64,000 nucleotides of DNA from assembly GCA_963798485.1 (NCBI GenBank), contig CAWCTR010000004.1:96001-160000 (forward strand). Reading direction: 5' to 3'. The position numbers were made by a program, and so were the translations under genes. The notes under the pieces were generated by a model, which did no database searches, had not been told where the DNA came from, and worked only from the letters and a program-made list of their open reading frames with translations. This stretch comes from an uncultured delta proteobacterium (GTDB taxonomy: Bacteria; Desulfobacterota; Desulfomonilia; UBA1062). Below are positions 8,965 through 19,967 of the stretch, in pieces; within the stretch, counting starts at the first letter, position 1; each line of letters opens with the position of its first letter.

Positions 8965-11142
8965 TCAGTTCTCTTTCAATATTCCATTGATCTTCACTGA
9001 TAGCTCACCCATGGTAAAGGGTTTCTGGATAAAGCCCTTGCATCCTTTCTCCATGATCTCCTTCGCATGGTCGTCCAGGCTGTAGCCGCTCGATAGCATG
9101 ACATTCACGTCTTTGTTGATCTTGCAGAGCTCTTTGAAGGTCTCTTTCCCGCTGATATCGGGCATGATGATATCCAAAACCACGAGATCGACCTTGTTAC
9201 TGTTCTGCCTGTACATCTCGATCCCGGCTCTTCCGCCCTGTGCCGACATTACTGTGTACCCGAGAGTGGAGAGCATCTGAGATCCTACATCAAGGATCAT
9301 CTCCTCGTCATCGATCAGCAGAATTCTCCCTCTCCCCTTACGCACCTCTTCGACAACAGCGGCCTTTTCTTCTTCCACCAGGACCTTGTCCGAGGCAGGG
9401 AGATATACCATAAATGCACTGCCGGAGGCGGGCTCGCTCTCTACATAAATAAACCCTCCGTGGTGCTTCACGATGCCATAGACCGAGGCAAGCCCCAGGC
9501 CTGTCCCCCGGCCGAGCTCCCTGGTGGTGAAGAAAGGCTCAAAGATCCTGGCCTTGGTGGGTTCATCCATGCCAATGCCCGTGTCAGCCACGGTCGCCTT
9601 GACGTACCTTCCGGGTTTGAGCTCATAAGGCCTCACCTCAACCTCACCCAGTTCCACGTTTTCGACAGAGATTGAGAGATCGCCTCCGCCAGGCATGGCC
9701 TGCAAGGCATTCACAAACAGGTTCAGAAATACCTGCTCCATCTGACTGTGATCCACCTCCACGCTCCAGAGTCCCTCCTGTATCGTATGGCGGATCCGGA
9801 TTTCTTTCCTGGTCCGGCCGAACATCTCTGAGCTTTTTCTGATGAACTCCCCGAGGTTCGTGGTCTTGACCTCGTATTTACCTCCCCGTGCAAACCCAAG
9901 TAGCTGCTTCGTGAGGTCGGAGGCACGCTTGACGTATTCCTCTGCATGTTTCAGCCTGGTGTGCGAGGGATCGTTTTCATCGATCTTCATGAGGACCAGC
10001 GACACATTCCCCAGGATCCCCATGAGGAGGTTGTTGAAGTCATGCGCGACACCGCCTGCCATAGTCCCTATGGCCTCCATTTTCTGTGACCTCATGAGCC
10101 GCTCCTCAAGGTCCTTCTTCTCGGTGATGTCTATGAGGAATCCTCTCAGGCCTGCAGGTTTACCGTCACGGATTATGCGAGTCGTATGCGCCATGGCCGG
10201 GAAAGGCGTACCGTCCTTTCTCCTGGCCGTGTACTCGGTAAGGCCGGCCTTCTCACCAGAGAATATGGTCTGCATATTGTGCTTCAAGGCAGCATGATCT
10301 TCAGGGGCAATAACGTCAAAGACCCGGAGGCCTTCACCAAGATCATCCGGTACGTAGCCGAACTGATCGAATGCGCTGCGATTCACGAAGGTTATCCTGC
10401 CTTCAAGGTCTGCCTCGAAAACCGTCTCGGGCAAAAGCTCGGCAAGATCCCTGAACCGTTCTTCACTCTGCCTGATGAGTGCATTGGCATTATTGAGCTC
10501 ATTGTTTGTCTTGCTCAGCTTTTTTCTCAGCTCATTGATATAGCTGCCGATAAAAGAGAACCAAATGAGAACGATAAAGAGGGTAATAAGATAAAATATC
10601 TCCAGTCTGAGGTTGACGCTTTTCGGGTGATTGATGAGGAGGAGCATGATTACTAAGCCATATCCCATCGGCGCGAACAGAGAGAGAAAAAAGAACTGGC
10701 GAAAGTTCAGTCTGAAGGTGCCAAAGGTGAAAACTACCATGTAAAGTAAAAGCATGATCCCCCGGCCCTCATCCAAGGAGTATGCCCAGACCATGTTGTA
10801 TACCGTTGCGAGAATGATTTGAATCAGGGTGAGGCTCGGATCCTTGAAGCGTAGATTTAATCCAGTACGGAGCAGGAAGAAAATAATCAGGTTAGTCGTA
10901 ACGATAATTGCAAAAATCCAGAAAATCGGTATCAGATACCTTACGAACAACCCATTGTAATAGCAATACAGTGCGATGAGCATCCATACAATATACGTGG
11001 CAAAGGCCATGAGGAATCTCTTTATCCTCAAGGCCTGTTTAGGGTCATCTCCGGGTATTATGCACATCATCTGTGATTCACCTGCACAGCCTGTAATGTA
11101 TTGTATATAAGTTCGGAATCTTTCGCTAAAAGATAAAGACAT
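8965..11142 (-). CDS. hybrid sensor histidine kinase (multi-TM N-terminus, PAS, HisKA, HATPase, REC)
   Basis: [12 protein letters not shown]-box, FEPFFTT, GTGLGL, C-terminal receiver LIDDE...DIIMP...KPF. GGAGG RBS before ATG 11142. Confidence 0.92.
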   Translation of the reverse strand: MSLSFSERFRTYIQYITGCAGESQMMCIIPGDDPKQALRIKRFLMAFATYIVWMLIALYCYYNGLFVRYLIPIFWIFAIIVTTNLIIFFLLRTGLNLRFKDPSLTLIQIILATVYNMVWAYSLDEGRGIMLLLYMVVFTFGTFRLNFRQFFFLSLFAPMGYGLVIMLLLINHPKSVNLRLEIFYLITLFIVLIWFSFIGSYINELRKKLSKTNNELNNANALIRQSEERFRDLAELLPETVFEADLEGRITFVNRSAFDQFGYVPDDLGEGLRVFDVIAPEDHAALKHNMQTIFSGEKAGLTEYTARRKDGTPFPAMAHTTRIIRDGKPAGLRGFLIDITEKKDLEERLMRSQKMEAIGTMAGGVAHDFNNLLMGILGNVSLVLMKIDENDPSHTRLKHAEEYVKRASDLTKQLLGFARGGKYEVKTTNLGEFIRKSSEMFGRTRKEIRIRHTIQEGLWSVEVDHSQMEQVFLNLFVNALQAMPGGGDLSISVENVELGEVEVRPYELKPGRYVKATVADTGIGMDEPTKARIFEPFFTTRELGRGTGLGLASVYGIVKHHGGFIYVESEPASGSAFMVYLPASDKVLVEEEKAAVVEEVRKGRGRILLIDDEEMILDVGSQMLSTLGYTVMSAQGGRAGIEMYRQNSNKVDLVVLDIIMPDISGKETFKELCKINKDVNVMLSSGYSLDDHAKEIMEKGCKGFIQKPFTMGELSVKINGILKEN

Positions 11143-11271
11143 TAATTGACCTCCTGCCGGATTTGAGAGAAAGGATCCGGTACACCTTACGCTGCCTCCC
11201 CCCGATTTATACTTTTTCGAAGACGATGGGATCAACGGTCCATCCAGCTCATACTGAGGGCAATTTCATCC

Positions 11272-11300
11272 TTGACAGCTTACTTACTAGTTAGTAAATA
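11272..11300 (+). promoter_or_regulatory. sigma70 -35 box with overlapping TetR-type operator
   Basis: TTGACA at 11272-11277; palindrome TTACTA-GT-TAGTAA at 11284-11297 just upstream of tetR. The -10 box is ambiguous. Confidence 0.65.
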
Positions 11301-11316
11301 TAAATAAGAGACGAAT

Positions 11317-11892
11317 ATGCGTAAACCACAAAGCGAGACGGGAAAAAAGATAATCGATCTTGGAGAAAAGCTGCTCCTCCGTCAGGGTTTTAACGGCTTC
11401 AGTTATGCCGACATCGCGGCCCCTTTAGGGGTAAAGAATGCTGCCATCCATTACCATTTCCCCAGCAAGTGCGATCTTGGCCTTGCCGTTATCCAACGGG
11501 CCAGGAGCCGTTTTAAAAGATGGTGCACCGGGGAGGGAACGGCCAGGATGAGCGACTGGGAAAAGCTCAACGGCTTTTTCCAGATTTACCACCATTACCT
11601 CGCCAAGAGCGATTCGGTCTGTCTGAGCGGTGCCCTGGAAACGGATTTCACAACCCTGCCGCCGCCGATGCAGGAAGAGGCCCGGGGATTGGTGTTGGAT
11701 CTCCTTACATGGATGGATCAGTTCTTAAGCGGTGCGCGGGACAGGGGAACATTTTCATTTCCGGGGACTCCTCGCGATCAGGCGATTGTAGTGCTTGCAG
11801 TCATGCAGGGCAGTTTGCAGATGATACGGGCAATGGACCCGTCAATATTTGAGGCTGCGGTGGGCCAGGTACGCCGCTTGCTTGAACCGTAG
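11317..11892 (+). CDS. TetR/AcrR family transcriptional regulator
   Basis: QGFNGFSYADIAAPLGVKNAAIHYHFPSK HTH. Confidence 0.93.
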   Translation: MRKPQSETGKKIIDLGEKLLLRQGFNGFSYADIAAPLGVKNAAIHYHFPSKCDLGLAVIQRARSRFKRWCTGEGTARMSDWEKLNGFFQIYHHYLAKSDSVCLSGALETDFTTLPPPMQEEARGLVLDLLTWMDQFLSGARDRGTFSFPGTPRDQAIVVLAVMQGSLQMIRAMDPSIFEAAVGQVRRLLEP

Positions 11893-11992
11893 AGTCCGGG
11901 ATAAGGGGCCTGTGATTCTTTTTTGATCGTACGGGAAAGCCGCCGGCCGGTTTCATCTGAAATAGTGTGAATACGAAATTCAGGAGGGTTAC

Positions 11993-13174
11993 ATGGATAA
12001 CACGATACCAAGATCAAAAAACAACGATTATTCAAAGGATATCATTGGAGAACGCCATCAGTTTCTCAAGGAAAAGACCGGCATAGAACTGAAACATGTG
12101 GATAAGTATTCCTTTGACCCTGCCGTACTCCCGGGGAATATCGAGCATTTTATCGGGGTAGCCCAGGTGCCCATAGGAATTACCGGCCCTTTGCTCGTAA
12201 ACGGAGAATATGCCCAGGGTGAATTCTATGTCCCCCTGGCGACGAGTGAAGGAACCCTTGTCGCAAGCTACAACAGGGGAATGAAGATCATAAAACTGTG
12301 CGGCGGTGTAACTACGACGATCCAGGAAGAAGCGATGCAGCGCGGCCCTGTATTCATATTCGAAAATGCCCGTCAGGCCCGTGATTTCGGTATCTGGCTG
12401 AAAGAAAATTTCGAAGAGATCAAGAAACAGGCCGAGAGTACGACCAGAACCGGAAAGCTTATCACCATTGAGCAGTATCATGCCGGCCGGTTTGTATACA
12501 CCCGGTTCGATTATACCACCGGTGATGCCGCAGGCCAGAATATGACGGGGAAGGCCACCTTTATCGCGTGCGAGTGGATCAGGAGAACCAACCCCCAGGT
12601 AAAGAGATACATGATAGACGGCAATTTCTCTACGGATAAGAAGCATTCAACCATAAATCTCCTCAGGACCAGGGGCAAGAGGGTTACAGCCGAGATCACG
12701 GTCCCTGAGAAGATCGTCAGGGAGCAGATGAACCAGTCACCGGCAAGGCTGCAGTTTTACCACGGTGTCGGGATGCTCGGATCATATATGTCCGGCGCCA
12801 TAAACAATGGAAGCCACTCCGCCAACGGGATCACCGCCCTGTTCATCGCAACGGGGCAGGATGTGGCAAACGTCGCGGAGGGGTCGGCTGCAATAACCTA
12901 CAGCGAGAGGACAAAGGAGGGTGACTACTACTTTTCAGTCGTTATCCCCGCAATGATTGTTGCAACCCATGGAGGGGGTACAGGCCTTGCGACCCAGAAA
13001 GAATGCCTCGATCTGATGGGCTGCTCCGGGAAAGGCAAGGTAAAGAAGTTCGCCGAGATTGTCGCTGCCACAGTCCTTGCAGGGGAGCTTTCATTGATGA
13101 GTGCGATGAGAGTGAATAAGGACGGCACGAGTGACTGGATATCAAGTCATGATAAATTGGGGAGGAACAGGTAA
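11993..13174 (+). CDS. hydroxymethylglutaryl-CoA reductase family protein (class I-like)
   Basis: NIEHFIG, PLATSEGTLVAS, TGDAAGQNM, TDKK, ATGQDVANVAE, HGGGTGL, LAGELS, C-terminal catalytic-type His (SHDKLGR). Confidence 0.9.
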   Translation: MDNTIPRSKNNDYSKDIIGERHQFLKEKTGIELKHVDKYSFDPAVLPGNIEHFIGVAQVPIGITGPLLVNGEYAQGEFYVPLATSEGTLVASYNRGMKIIKLCGGVTTTIQEEAMQRGPVFIFENARQARDFGIWLKENFEEIKKQAESTTRTGKLITIEQYHAGRFVYTRFDYTTGDAAGQNMTGKATFIACEWIRRTNPQVKRYMIDGNFSTDKKHSTINLLRTRGKRVTAEITVPEKIVREQMNQSPARLQFYHGVGMLGSYMSGAINNGSHSANGITALFIATGQDVANVAEGSAAITYSERTKEGDYYFSVVIPAMIVATHGGGTGLATQKECLDLMGCSGKGKVKKFAEIVAATVLAGELSLMSAMRVNKDGTSDWISSHDKLGRNR

Positions 13175-13229
13175 GTTTCATCTCAGGTGTTTATTTCTCT
13201 CTCAAGATCATGAATATGGAGGTTTCAAT

Positions 13230-15122
13230 ATGGCAAACAATAGTGACCAAAAGAAGGGATATGTAATCCCCGAGGAAGAATTCAAGAGGCAGATGGAGTA
13301 TATCAATACCATTGATCCGTACCCTCCGCATATTTTCTACCAGAAATTCCTTGAAGTGATCCACAAGGCTAAAACAGAAGGAGGAATAAACTGGGGTACC
13401 ATATACGAAAAAACGGCTGAAGAATTCCCCAACAGAATAGCGGTCAAATGGGATAATTCCGATACGACGCCGACTTCCATGCAGGAGGTCATCCCCCATA
13501 TCAAGTATAAGGAATTCAATGAGGCGGTAAACCGTTATGCAAACTACTTTCTAGAAACCGGTGTTCAGAAGGGAGATGTCATATGCATCCTGCTGGCCAA
13601 CAGGGTGGAGTCGCTGGAACTGCATGTCGCTGCCGCCAAGATCGGGGCAGTCTCATCAATGATGAATACGGGATGGCGTGGCAGAACCCTCGCCTACGCC
13701 TTGAACCTGATTCCCGGCAAGGCGGTCATCGTGGGGGAAGAGTGTATCGATTTGTACCAGGACGCACGCCCTGAAATGAAGAAAACCGAGGGGCAACAGA
13801 TCTATTACCTGGAAGATGCAGGCGGATCACCCATGCCGGACGGGTTTATCAATATCAAGGAAGCTCTAAAGGATATCTCTGCACAGAATCCCCCCACAAC
13901 AGGCGCGATAGGCATCTACGACCCTTGCCACCTCGTGTTCACTTCCGGCACCACGGGCGGCATGCCCAAGGCTGCATTCACGACCCATAAGACCATGGTG
14001 GAAAATGCGAATGCATTCCAAATGATCCTGGATATGCAGAAGAATGACACCATCTATGTCCCTCTCCCCTTCTTTCATAATACCTTCCTCGTTTCAGCCT
14101 GGCCTCCTGCAGCACTGAGCGGAGGGGCCATCGCCATCCGCAGGAAATTCAGTGCAAGTCATTTCTGGAATGACACACGAAAATTCAGGGCGACGAAATT
14201 CTGTTATGTCGGAGAATTGTGCCGCTATCTGATGAACCGGCCGGAAAGGCCCGATGACGCTGCAAACCCTGTTGAAGGGATGTTCGGCAATGGCCTCCGC
14301 CCTGAGATCTGGAAGGCGTTCAAGAAGCGCTTCGATATACCTGCCGTCAATGAATTCTATGGCGCAGCGGAGCTGCCGAGCGGGTTTGTAAATCAGTACA
14401 ACTTCGACTGTACGATCGGCCGCAGCGTAAAAAACAATGCTGTCGTAAAGTATGACATACATAAAAGCGAACCGGTCCGGAATAAGGACGGCTTCATGGA
14501 GAAAGCCGATTACGGCCATACCGGTCTGGTCTTATTTGAAATTTCAGTATCGGAACCACTGATGGGATACACCAACAAAGAGGATACGGAGAAGAAGATA
14601 TTCCATGACGTGTTCAAGAAAGGTGATACCTGGTTCAATACCGGCGACTTAATGCGGAATATCGGATACGGGCATCGGCAGTTCGTCGACAGGCTGGGTG
14701 ACACCTTTCGCTGGCACGGTGAAAACGTTTCGACCACCGAAGTGGAAGCCGTGCTCGATTCATTCAATCAGATATACATCTCGACCGTATACGGTGTCAG
14801 AATACCGAATACCGACGGAAGTGCGGGGATGGCGGCCATCGTACCCTTAGACACAAGTCTCGAGGATTTTGATTTCTCATCTCTGGCAGACCACCTGAAA
14901 AAGGAGCTGGCGGATTTCGCTGTTCCTAAATTCATAAGGATCAAAAACGAATTGGACCAGACCCCGACCATGAAATTCAAAAAGGACAAGTTGAAGAAAG
15001 ATGGGTATGATATAGAAAAATTCAGCGACCCTGTTTATGTCCTGTTGCCCGATGAATCGGGATATGTGCCGTTGACTGTGGATGTGAAGAACAAGATCGA
15101 CAGGGGAGAGTACAGGTTCTGA
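13230..15122 (+). CDS. long-chain acyl-CoA synthetase (FATP/FadD6-like)
   Basis: FTSGTTGGMPKAA, YVGELCRYL, GNGLRPEIW, DRLGDTFRWHGENVSTTEVE; GGAGG RBS before ATG 13230. Confidence 0.92.
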   Translation: MANNSDQKKGYVIPEEEFKRQMEYINTIDPYPPHIFYQKFLEVIHKAKTEGGINWGTIYEKTAEEFPNRIAVKWDNSDTTPTSMQEVIPHIKYKEFNEAVNRYANYFLETGVQKGDVICILLANRVESLELHVAAAKIGAVSSMMNTGWRGRTLAYALNLIPGKAVIVGEECIDLYQDARPEMKKTEGQQIYYLEDAGGSPMPDGFINIKEALKDISAQNPPTTGAIGIYDPCHLVFTSGTTGGMPKAAFTTHKTMVENANAFQMILDMQKNDTIYVPLPFFHNTFLVSAWPPAALSGGAIAIRRKFSASHFWNDTRKFRATKFCYVGELCRYLMNRPERPDDAANPVEGMFGNGLRPEIWKAFKKRFDIPAVNEFYGAAELPSGFVNQYNFDCTIGRSVKNNAVVKYDIHKSEPVRNKDGFMEKADYGHTGLVLFEISVSEPLMGYTNKEDTEKKIFHDVFKKGDTWFNTGDLMRNIGYGHRQFVDRLGDTFRWHGENVSTTEVEAVLDSFNQIYISTVYGVRIPNTDGSAGMAAIVPLDTSLEDFDFSSLADHLKKELADFAVPKFIRIKNELDQTPTMKFKKDKLKKDGYDIEKFSDPVYVLLPDESGYVPLTVDVKNKIDRGEYRF

Positions 15123-15316
15123 CATTTTTGCGAGCTTCCCATGGGAATCCTTAAGCTCGCAAAGCCTGTCGAATACCATGTGTTCCTCTATGTTCTATTC
15201 CTGCCCATGATTCGGATGCCTCTGCAGGATAGAACAGAGGGATTTCGATCTCCTCATCTGCTCCCTGGTAATCCGTTCCTCCTCTTATACATGGAGGGAG
15301 ATGTATTGTGATGACA

Positions 15317-16528
15317 TCAATCCACTCGAATAACCACGGCATCCCCCTGGGCAAGACCCCCGCAGATGCCGCAGACGCCGTAGCCGCCGCCCCTTCTCTT
15401 TAATTCATACATCATGGTCATCAATATGCGGCCGCCGCTTGCCCCCACCGGGTGGCCGATAGCGATGGCCCCGCCGTTGGGATTAGTCCGCTCCAGGAGC
15501 AAGCGCCACTTCTTCTCGTCCCTACCGGCCAGGATCTTTGTTGAGACAAGGGTAACAGCCGCAAAGGCCTCGTTGATCTCAATGACCTTCATATCATCGA
15601 TCGTGAGAGATGACCGCTTCAGGGCCTTTTTGATGACAAAGCCCGGCAGCTCCGCCATCCTCCTGGGTTCGCTTGCCCCGCTCGCTACGGACATGATGGT
15701 GGCCAGTGGTTTTATCCCCAAAGCCTCAGCCTTGGACCGCCGCATGATAATCACCGTCGTCGCCCCGGCGTCCAGGCCCGGGGCATTGCCCGCTGTCACC
15801 GTGGGGCTGCCGTAGATGGTCTTCAGTTTGGATAAAGCCTCCATCGTGGTATCCGGCCTGGGTAATTCATCTTTCTTGAATATGAAGGGCGTCCCTTTTT
15901 TCTGGGGGATCTCAATAGACACCAGTTCATCATTGAACCGGTCGTCCTTGTCCGCCTGGGCCCATTTTTTGTGCGACCCTACCGCCCAGGCATCCTGCTC
16001 TTCCCTGGATATGCCGTACTCGATGGCGATCTCCCCGGCATCCTTGCCCAGCGGGGTATATTCGCGGTAGGTGATGGGATTCAGATAATCCTGTACAAGA
16101 AGCGGCTTCATACCGGAGCCCCAGCGGTGGTTATTTATGAGAAGAGGCGTATTGCTCATGTTCTCGGCGCCCACGGCCATGCAGGTGTCCGCCTCATTCA
16201 GCAGGATTGCCCTGCGGCCCAGTTGGACCGCGCAGAGAGACGAGCAGCAGGCCCGGTCTATGGTCAGGGAGACTAAAGTATCGGGCAGACCTGCACGCAG
16301 AAGGGCCTGCCTTGCATTCACGTTGTCATAGAGCGCAGCCTCGGCCTGGTCGCACATGCCGTAGTACAGCTCGTCCAGGTCCTCGCCTTTCAGCCCGGAG
16401 CGTTTCAGGCTTTCTTTGATCACGATGACCCCGAGGTCAGTGCTGTGCATCTCCTTGAGCACCCCGCCGAACTTGGAAAAGGGTGTCCGTACCCCGCTTA
16501 CGATAACCACATCATCTTTGTTTTTCAT
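15317..16528 (-). CDS. thiolase (acetyl-CoA C-acyltransferase)
   Basis: RTPF, DRACCSS (catalytic Cys), EINEAFA, NGGAIAIGHPVGASG, CGGLAQG. Confidence 0.95.
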   Translation of the reverse strand: MKNKDDVVIVSGVRTPFSKFGGVLKEMHSTDLGVIVIKESLKRSGLKGEDLDELYYGMCDQAEAALYDNVNARQALLRAGLPDTLVSLTIDRACCSSLCAVQLGRRAILLNEADTCMAVGAENMSNTPLLINNHRWGSGMKPLLVQDYLNPITYREYTPLGKDAGEIAIEYGISREEQDAWAVGSHKKWAQADKDDRFNDELVSIEIPQKKGTPFIFKKDELPRPDTTMEALSKLKTIYGSPTVTAGNAPGLDAGATTVIIMRRSKAEALGIKPLATIMSVASGASEPRRMAELPGFVIKKALKRSSLTIDDMKVIEINEAFAAVTLVSTKILAGRDEKKWRLLLERTNPNGGAIAIGHPVGASGGRILMTMMYELKRRGGGYGVCGICGGLAQGDAVVIRVD

Positions 16529-16541
16529 ACAGCGCTCCTTT

Positions 16542-18008
16542 CTATCGTATCTGGTCGCCTTTGGCTATTCCGCACAGTTCTTTGGCAATCTTCTGCTTGC
16601 CCTTCATGTTCACGAGCCTTGCGATCATGATCCGCTGTGCCTGGGGTGAGCCCGCACCATGCATGGACTCGGTGAGGTAACCTACGGCAGCGGTACCCAT
16701 GGTGATGTTTTCGATAAGCCTCAATATCCTCATCCGGTATTCTGTGGGGACATCCGCCTTTGTCCGGTAGTATTTCTTCACCCACTTACCCACCACCGGC
16801 GAGTTAAGGTCGGCCTCCGACGGGCAGGTGACCACTACGCCGCCTGCAATATCCTGGGCAAGCCTGGCGATCTCATAGGGGAAGCGCGTCACGTTCTGCT
16901 TGTGCACATTGGCCAGGAGCACATCCACCAGGTATGTCCCGCTCGCCTCCTTGTGACCCTCTGATGCGCAGGCGATGCACCCGCAGAAGAGCGTCTCGTT
17001 CAAGTGGTTCATCTCGATGATCTTGTCTTTCACATGGGAGGCCTTCTCTGCACCGTTGTACTCGGCAACGGTCTGGGCAGCGCCGATAAGCACATCGCCC
17101 ACCCCCACCTTGCATGCGTAGCTCTGGCGGTGGTAGGCGGAGAAGCTCTCCACCAACTGGGTGGTGAAGTCATACTCCTTGTACATGAACACGCGTTCCC
17201 AGGGCACGAACACGTCCTCGAAGACGACCAGGGCCTCGTGGCCTCCGTAGAACATGTTGCCCCTATCCATGGTCATGCCTTCGAGTTTCCTGGTGTCGCA
17301 GGACTGCCGGCCCATGATGTAGGTGATGCCTGCTGTATCACTGGGGACTGCAAAGGCCACTGCATAATCCTTGTCCTCTTCCCGCATGGTGATGGTCGGC
17401 ATCACGATGATCTCATGGGAGTTGACCGCGCCGGTCTGGTGGGCCTTCGACCCCCTGACCACGATGCCGTCTTTACGCTCTTCTACCACATGGAGGAACA
17501 TGTCAGGGTCGAACTGTTTGTGGGGGGGCTGGGAACGGTCGCCCTTGGTATCGGTCATGGCGCCGTCGCAGACCAGGTCGTTTTCTTGAACGTATTCGAG
17601 AAATTTGAGGAAGCGCTTGTTGTACTGCGTCTTATATTTCTGATCGATGGCATAGGTAACAATAGACAGGGCATTCATGGCATCCATTCCCACGCAACGC
17701 TGGAAACAGCAGGCGGTCAGAGACCCCAGAAGCCTTCCCATCTTGCTCTTCTTCACCAAATCATCCACGCTCTGGTGGATATGGGTGAAGCGGTTGATCT
17801 TCTTGCCCGTAAGGTGTGATTTGACGGTCATGATATCTTCATATTCCGGCCTGTGGGCAAATTCGTAGGTGGCTGCCACCGCATTCATGGAGGGCCTTAT
17901 GATAGGGTCATCCACCACGTTCTCCACCTTCTTGCCGAACATGTACACGTTCAGCTTCAGCTTCCTCAAACTCTCTTCGTACTCTTTTGCATTCATGAGC
18001 TTAGTCAT
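16542..18008 (-). CDS. abfD: 4-hydroxybutyryl-CoA dehydratase / vinylacetyl-CoA isomerase
   Basis: CFQRCVGMD [4Fe-4S] motif, GAMTDTKGDR, KAHQTG, YHRQSY.CK, ESMHGAGSPQAQR; GGAGG RBS before ATG 18008. Confidence 0.88.
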   Translation of the reverse strand: MTKLMNAKEYEESLRKLKLNVYMFGKKVENVVDDPIIRPSMNAVAATYEFAHRPEYEDIMTVKSHLTGKKINRFTHIHQSVDDLVKKSKMGRLLGSLTACCFQRCVGMDAMNALSIVTYAIDQKYKTQYNKRFLKFLEYVQENDLVCDGAMTDTKGDRSQPPHKQFDPDMFLHVVEERKDGIVVRGSKAHQTGAVNSHEIIVMPTITMREEDKDYAVAFAVPSDTAGITYIMGRQSCDTRKLEGMTMDRGNMFYGGHEALVVFEDVFVPWERVFMYKEYDFTTQLVESFSAYHRQSYACKVGVGDVLIGAAQTVAEYNGAEKASHVKDKIIEMNHLNETLFCGCIACASEGHKEASGTYLVDVLLANVHKQNVTRFPYEIARLAQDIAGGVVVTCPSEADLNSPVVGKWVKKYYRTKADVPTEYRMRILRLIENITMGTAAVGYLTESMHGAGSPQAQRIMIARLVNMKGKQKIAKELCGIAKGDQIR

Positions 18009-18088
18009 ATGTTCCTCCAACACCTTCATTCCATTCCGAGTCAGAACGAGGTATCTTCCTGCCTATAGTTTTCCTTTTTCATCGATAT

Positions 18089-18955
18089 TCATGGGGAAAC
18101 TTCTCCTGCATGTATCATCCAATGGGATAGGAAATCCTCTCCTGCCTTCCTTCCAAGCCTGTAATCAGCTTCTATGGATCCATCACCCATGGATAGACGC
18201 CCGGAGCGAAGAGGTCCGGGGGGCTTTATCTCACAGATCGATGCATCAGGGGGAGGGTACCGGATGAACCGGACGGCATCCCGGTATACACGGTTGAGGC
18301 GATGGATTCTGGCGCGGAGCGCTGGGTAGCCCCGCAGAAAGAAGAAGGCCAGGAACGAGTCCAGGAAGCATCCTTTGGAGGCGTTTGCCGGACGGGTGCG
18401 GATAACGACTATCTTCCGTGCACCACGGAGATATGCCTCCCGAGCGGGCAAAGGCTCTGCCACACCGCCGTCGGCGACCCGCCTGCCCTGAACCTCAATG
18501 AAGTCACGATAGAGCACCGGCAGGGCACTCGATGCCTTCAGGTAGTGTGAGAGGGTGTCTTCATCAGGATGCACAAATACCGGCTTCCCTGTCAGGGCAT
18601 CGGTCACACCTATGAGGTATTCATGGGCCGGGTTAGAGGTGGCGGACTTTGTATCGAGGGGTTCATGCTCGGCTGCATATTCCCAGAGCCAGTCCAGATC
18701 CATCAGGTGCCCGCCGCTCAAGAACCGTCTGAAACTTAAGAATTCCCCCATATTCATGGGGCCTGTGATGATCCGATAGTATCTCTGATATTGCCCGGAC
18801 AGGTAAGAAGCGAGCGTGATCGCCCCTGAAGAAACTCCTATGAGAAGATCGAAGGGATTGAAGCCCTCCTGGAGGAATGCATCGAGCACACCGGCGGCAA
18901 AGATGCCGCGCATGCCTCCGCCTTCCACGACCAGGGCTTTCTTGCCATCCGGCAT
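18089..18955 (-). CDS. patatin-like phospholipase (YjjU-like)
   Basis: EGGGMRG, GVSSG nucleophile elbow, ASSALP, DGG. Confidence 0.9.
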   Translation of the reverse strand: MPDGKKALVVEGGGMRGIFAAGVLDAFLQEGFNPFDLLIGVSSGAITLASYLSGQYQRYYRIITGPMNMGEFLSFRRFLSGGHLMDLDWLWEYAAEHEPLDTKSATSNPAHEYLIGVTDALTGKPVFVHPDEDTLSHYLKASSALPVLYRDFIEVQGRRVADGGVAEPLPAREAYLRGARKIVVIRTRPANASKGCFLDSFLAFFFLRGYPALRARIHRLNRVYRDAVRFIRYPPPDASICEIKPPGPLRSGRLSMGDGSIEADYRLGRKAGEDFLSHWMIHAGEVSP

Positions 18956-19154
18956 TATAATCCCCTTTTGGGTACCATGTAATTCATGCGTCTCTAGCCC
19001 TCACAGAGCGCCTGGAGTATGTCCCCGTATTTCTCATGACATTATGAATGGTTGGCTCTTTTCTTATTCAGAAATGTTACATAGTACTGGGCCGTCTCCT
19101 GTGGTCTCTCCAGCATGGGCATGTGACCGCAGTCCATTGAATGGCTCGGGCCTC

Positions 19155-19949
19155 CTATCGGTCCTTGAATTTTGGTTCGCGCTTTTCCATGAATGCGGCT
19201 GCGCCTTCCTTCTTGTCTTCACTGGCGTAGCATGTGCCGAAGAGCTCGCGCTCGAGCCTCATGCCCATGTAAAGGTCCATGGACATGCCTTCGAGCACTG
19301 CACGCAGAGCGGCCTGAACTGATACACGGCTCTTGGAGGCGATTGCACCTGCCAGCTTCATGGCCTCATCCACCACAGCCCCCTTGGCAACGGCCCGGTT
19401 CACCAGGCCATATGCCTCGGCCTGTCTGCCGTTAAGGAAATTGCCGGACAGGATGAGCTCCAGTGCCCTGGCGGGGCCGATGAGACGCGGGGTCCTCTGG
19501 GTGCCCCCGTAGCCCGGGATGATGCCGAGCTTGATCTCAGGGAGACCCAAGGTGGCGCTTTCATCTGCCAGCCTGATGTGGCAGGCTAGCGCCATCTCCA
19601 TGCCGCCACCCAGGCAGAAGCCGTTGATGGCGGCAATAATGGGCTTGTCCGCATTCATGAACAGGTGCGAGAGTTCCTGGCCCCTGATGAGTGAATCCGC
19701 CCCTTCCTGGGCAGTGGTGAAGTCGTTAAGCTCGCTGATGTCCGCCCCTGCGATGAAGGCCTTTCCTGCCCCGGTGAACACGAGCGCCCGCACATCCTTG
19801 TCTGAGAGCACCTTTAACAAGGTATCCCTGATCTCACCAAGAACAGCCCAGCTGAGCGCGTTCATGGGCGGGTTGTTGATCTCCATCAGCGCTACGCCTT
19901 TATCGCGCACGGTATATGCGCACCGTGTTCCTTCATTGACTGTCTTCAT
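19155..19949 (-). CDS. enoyl-CoA hydratase/isomerase (crotonase)
   Basis: FIAGADI, GGGMEMALAC, PEIKLGIIPGYGGTQR, FMEKREPKF. Confidence 0.94.
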   Translation of the reverse strand: MKTVNEGTRCAYTVRDKGVALMEINNPPMNALSWAVLGEIRDTLLKVLSDKDVRALVFTGAGKAFIAGADISELNDFTTAQEGADSLIRGQELSHLFMNADKPIIAAINGFCLGGGMEMALACHIRLADESATLGLPEIKLGIIPGYGGTQRTPRLIGPARALELILSGNFLNGRQAEAYGLVNRAVAKGAVVDEAMKLAGAIASKSRVSVQAALRAVLEGMSMDLYMGMRLERELFGTCYASEDKKEGAAAFMEKREPKFKDR

Positions 19950-19967
19950 GGATATACCTCCATATTA

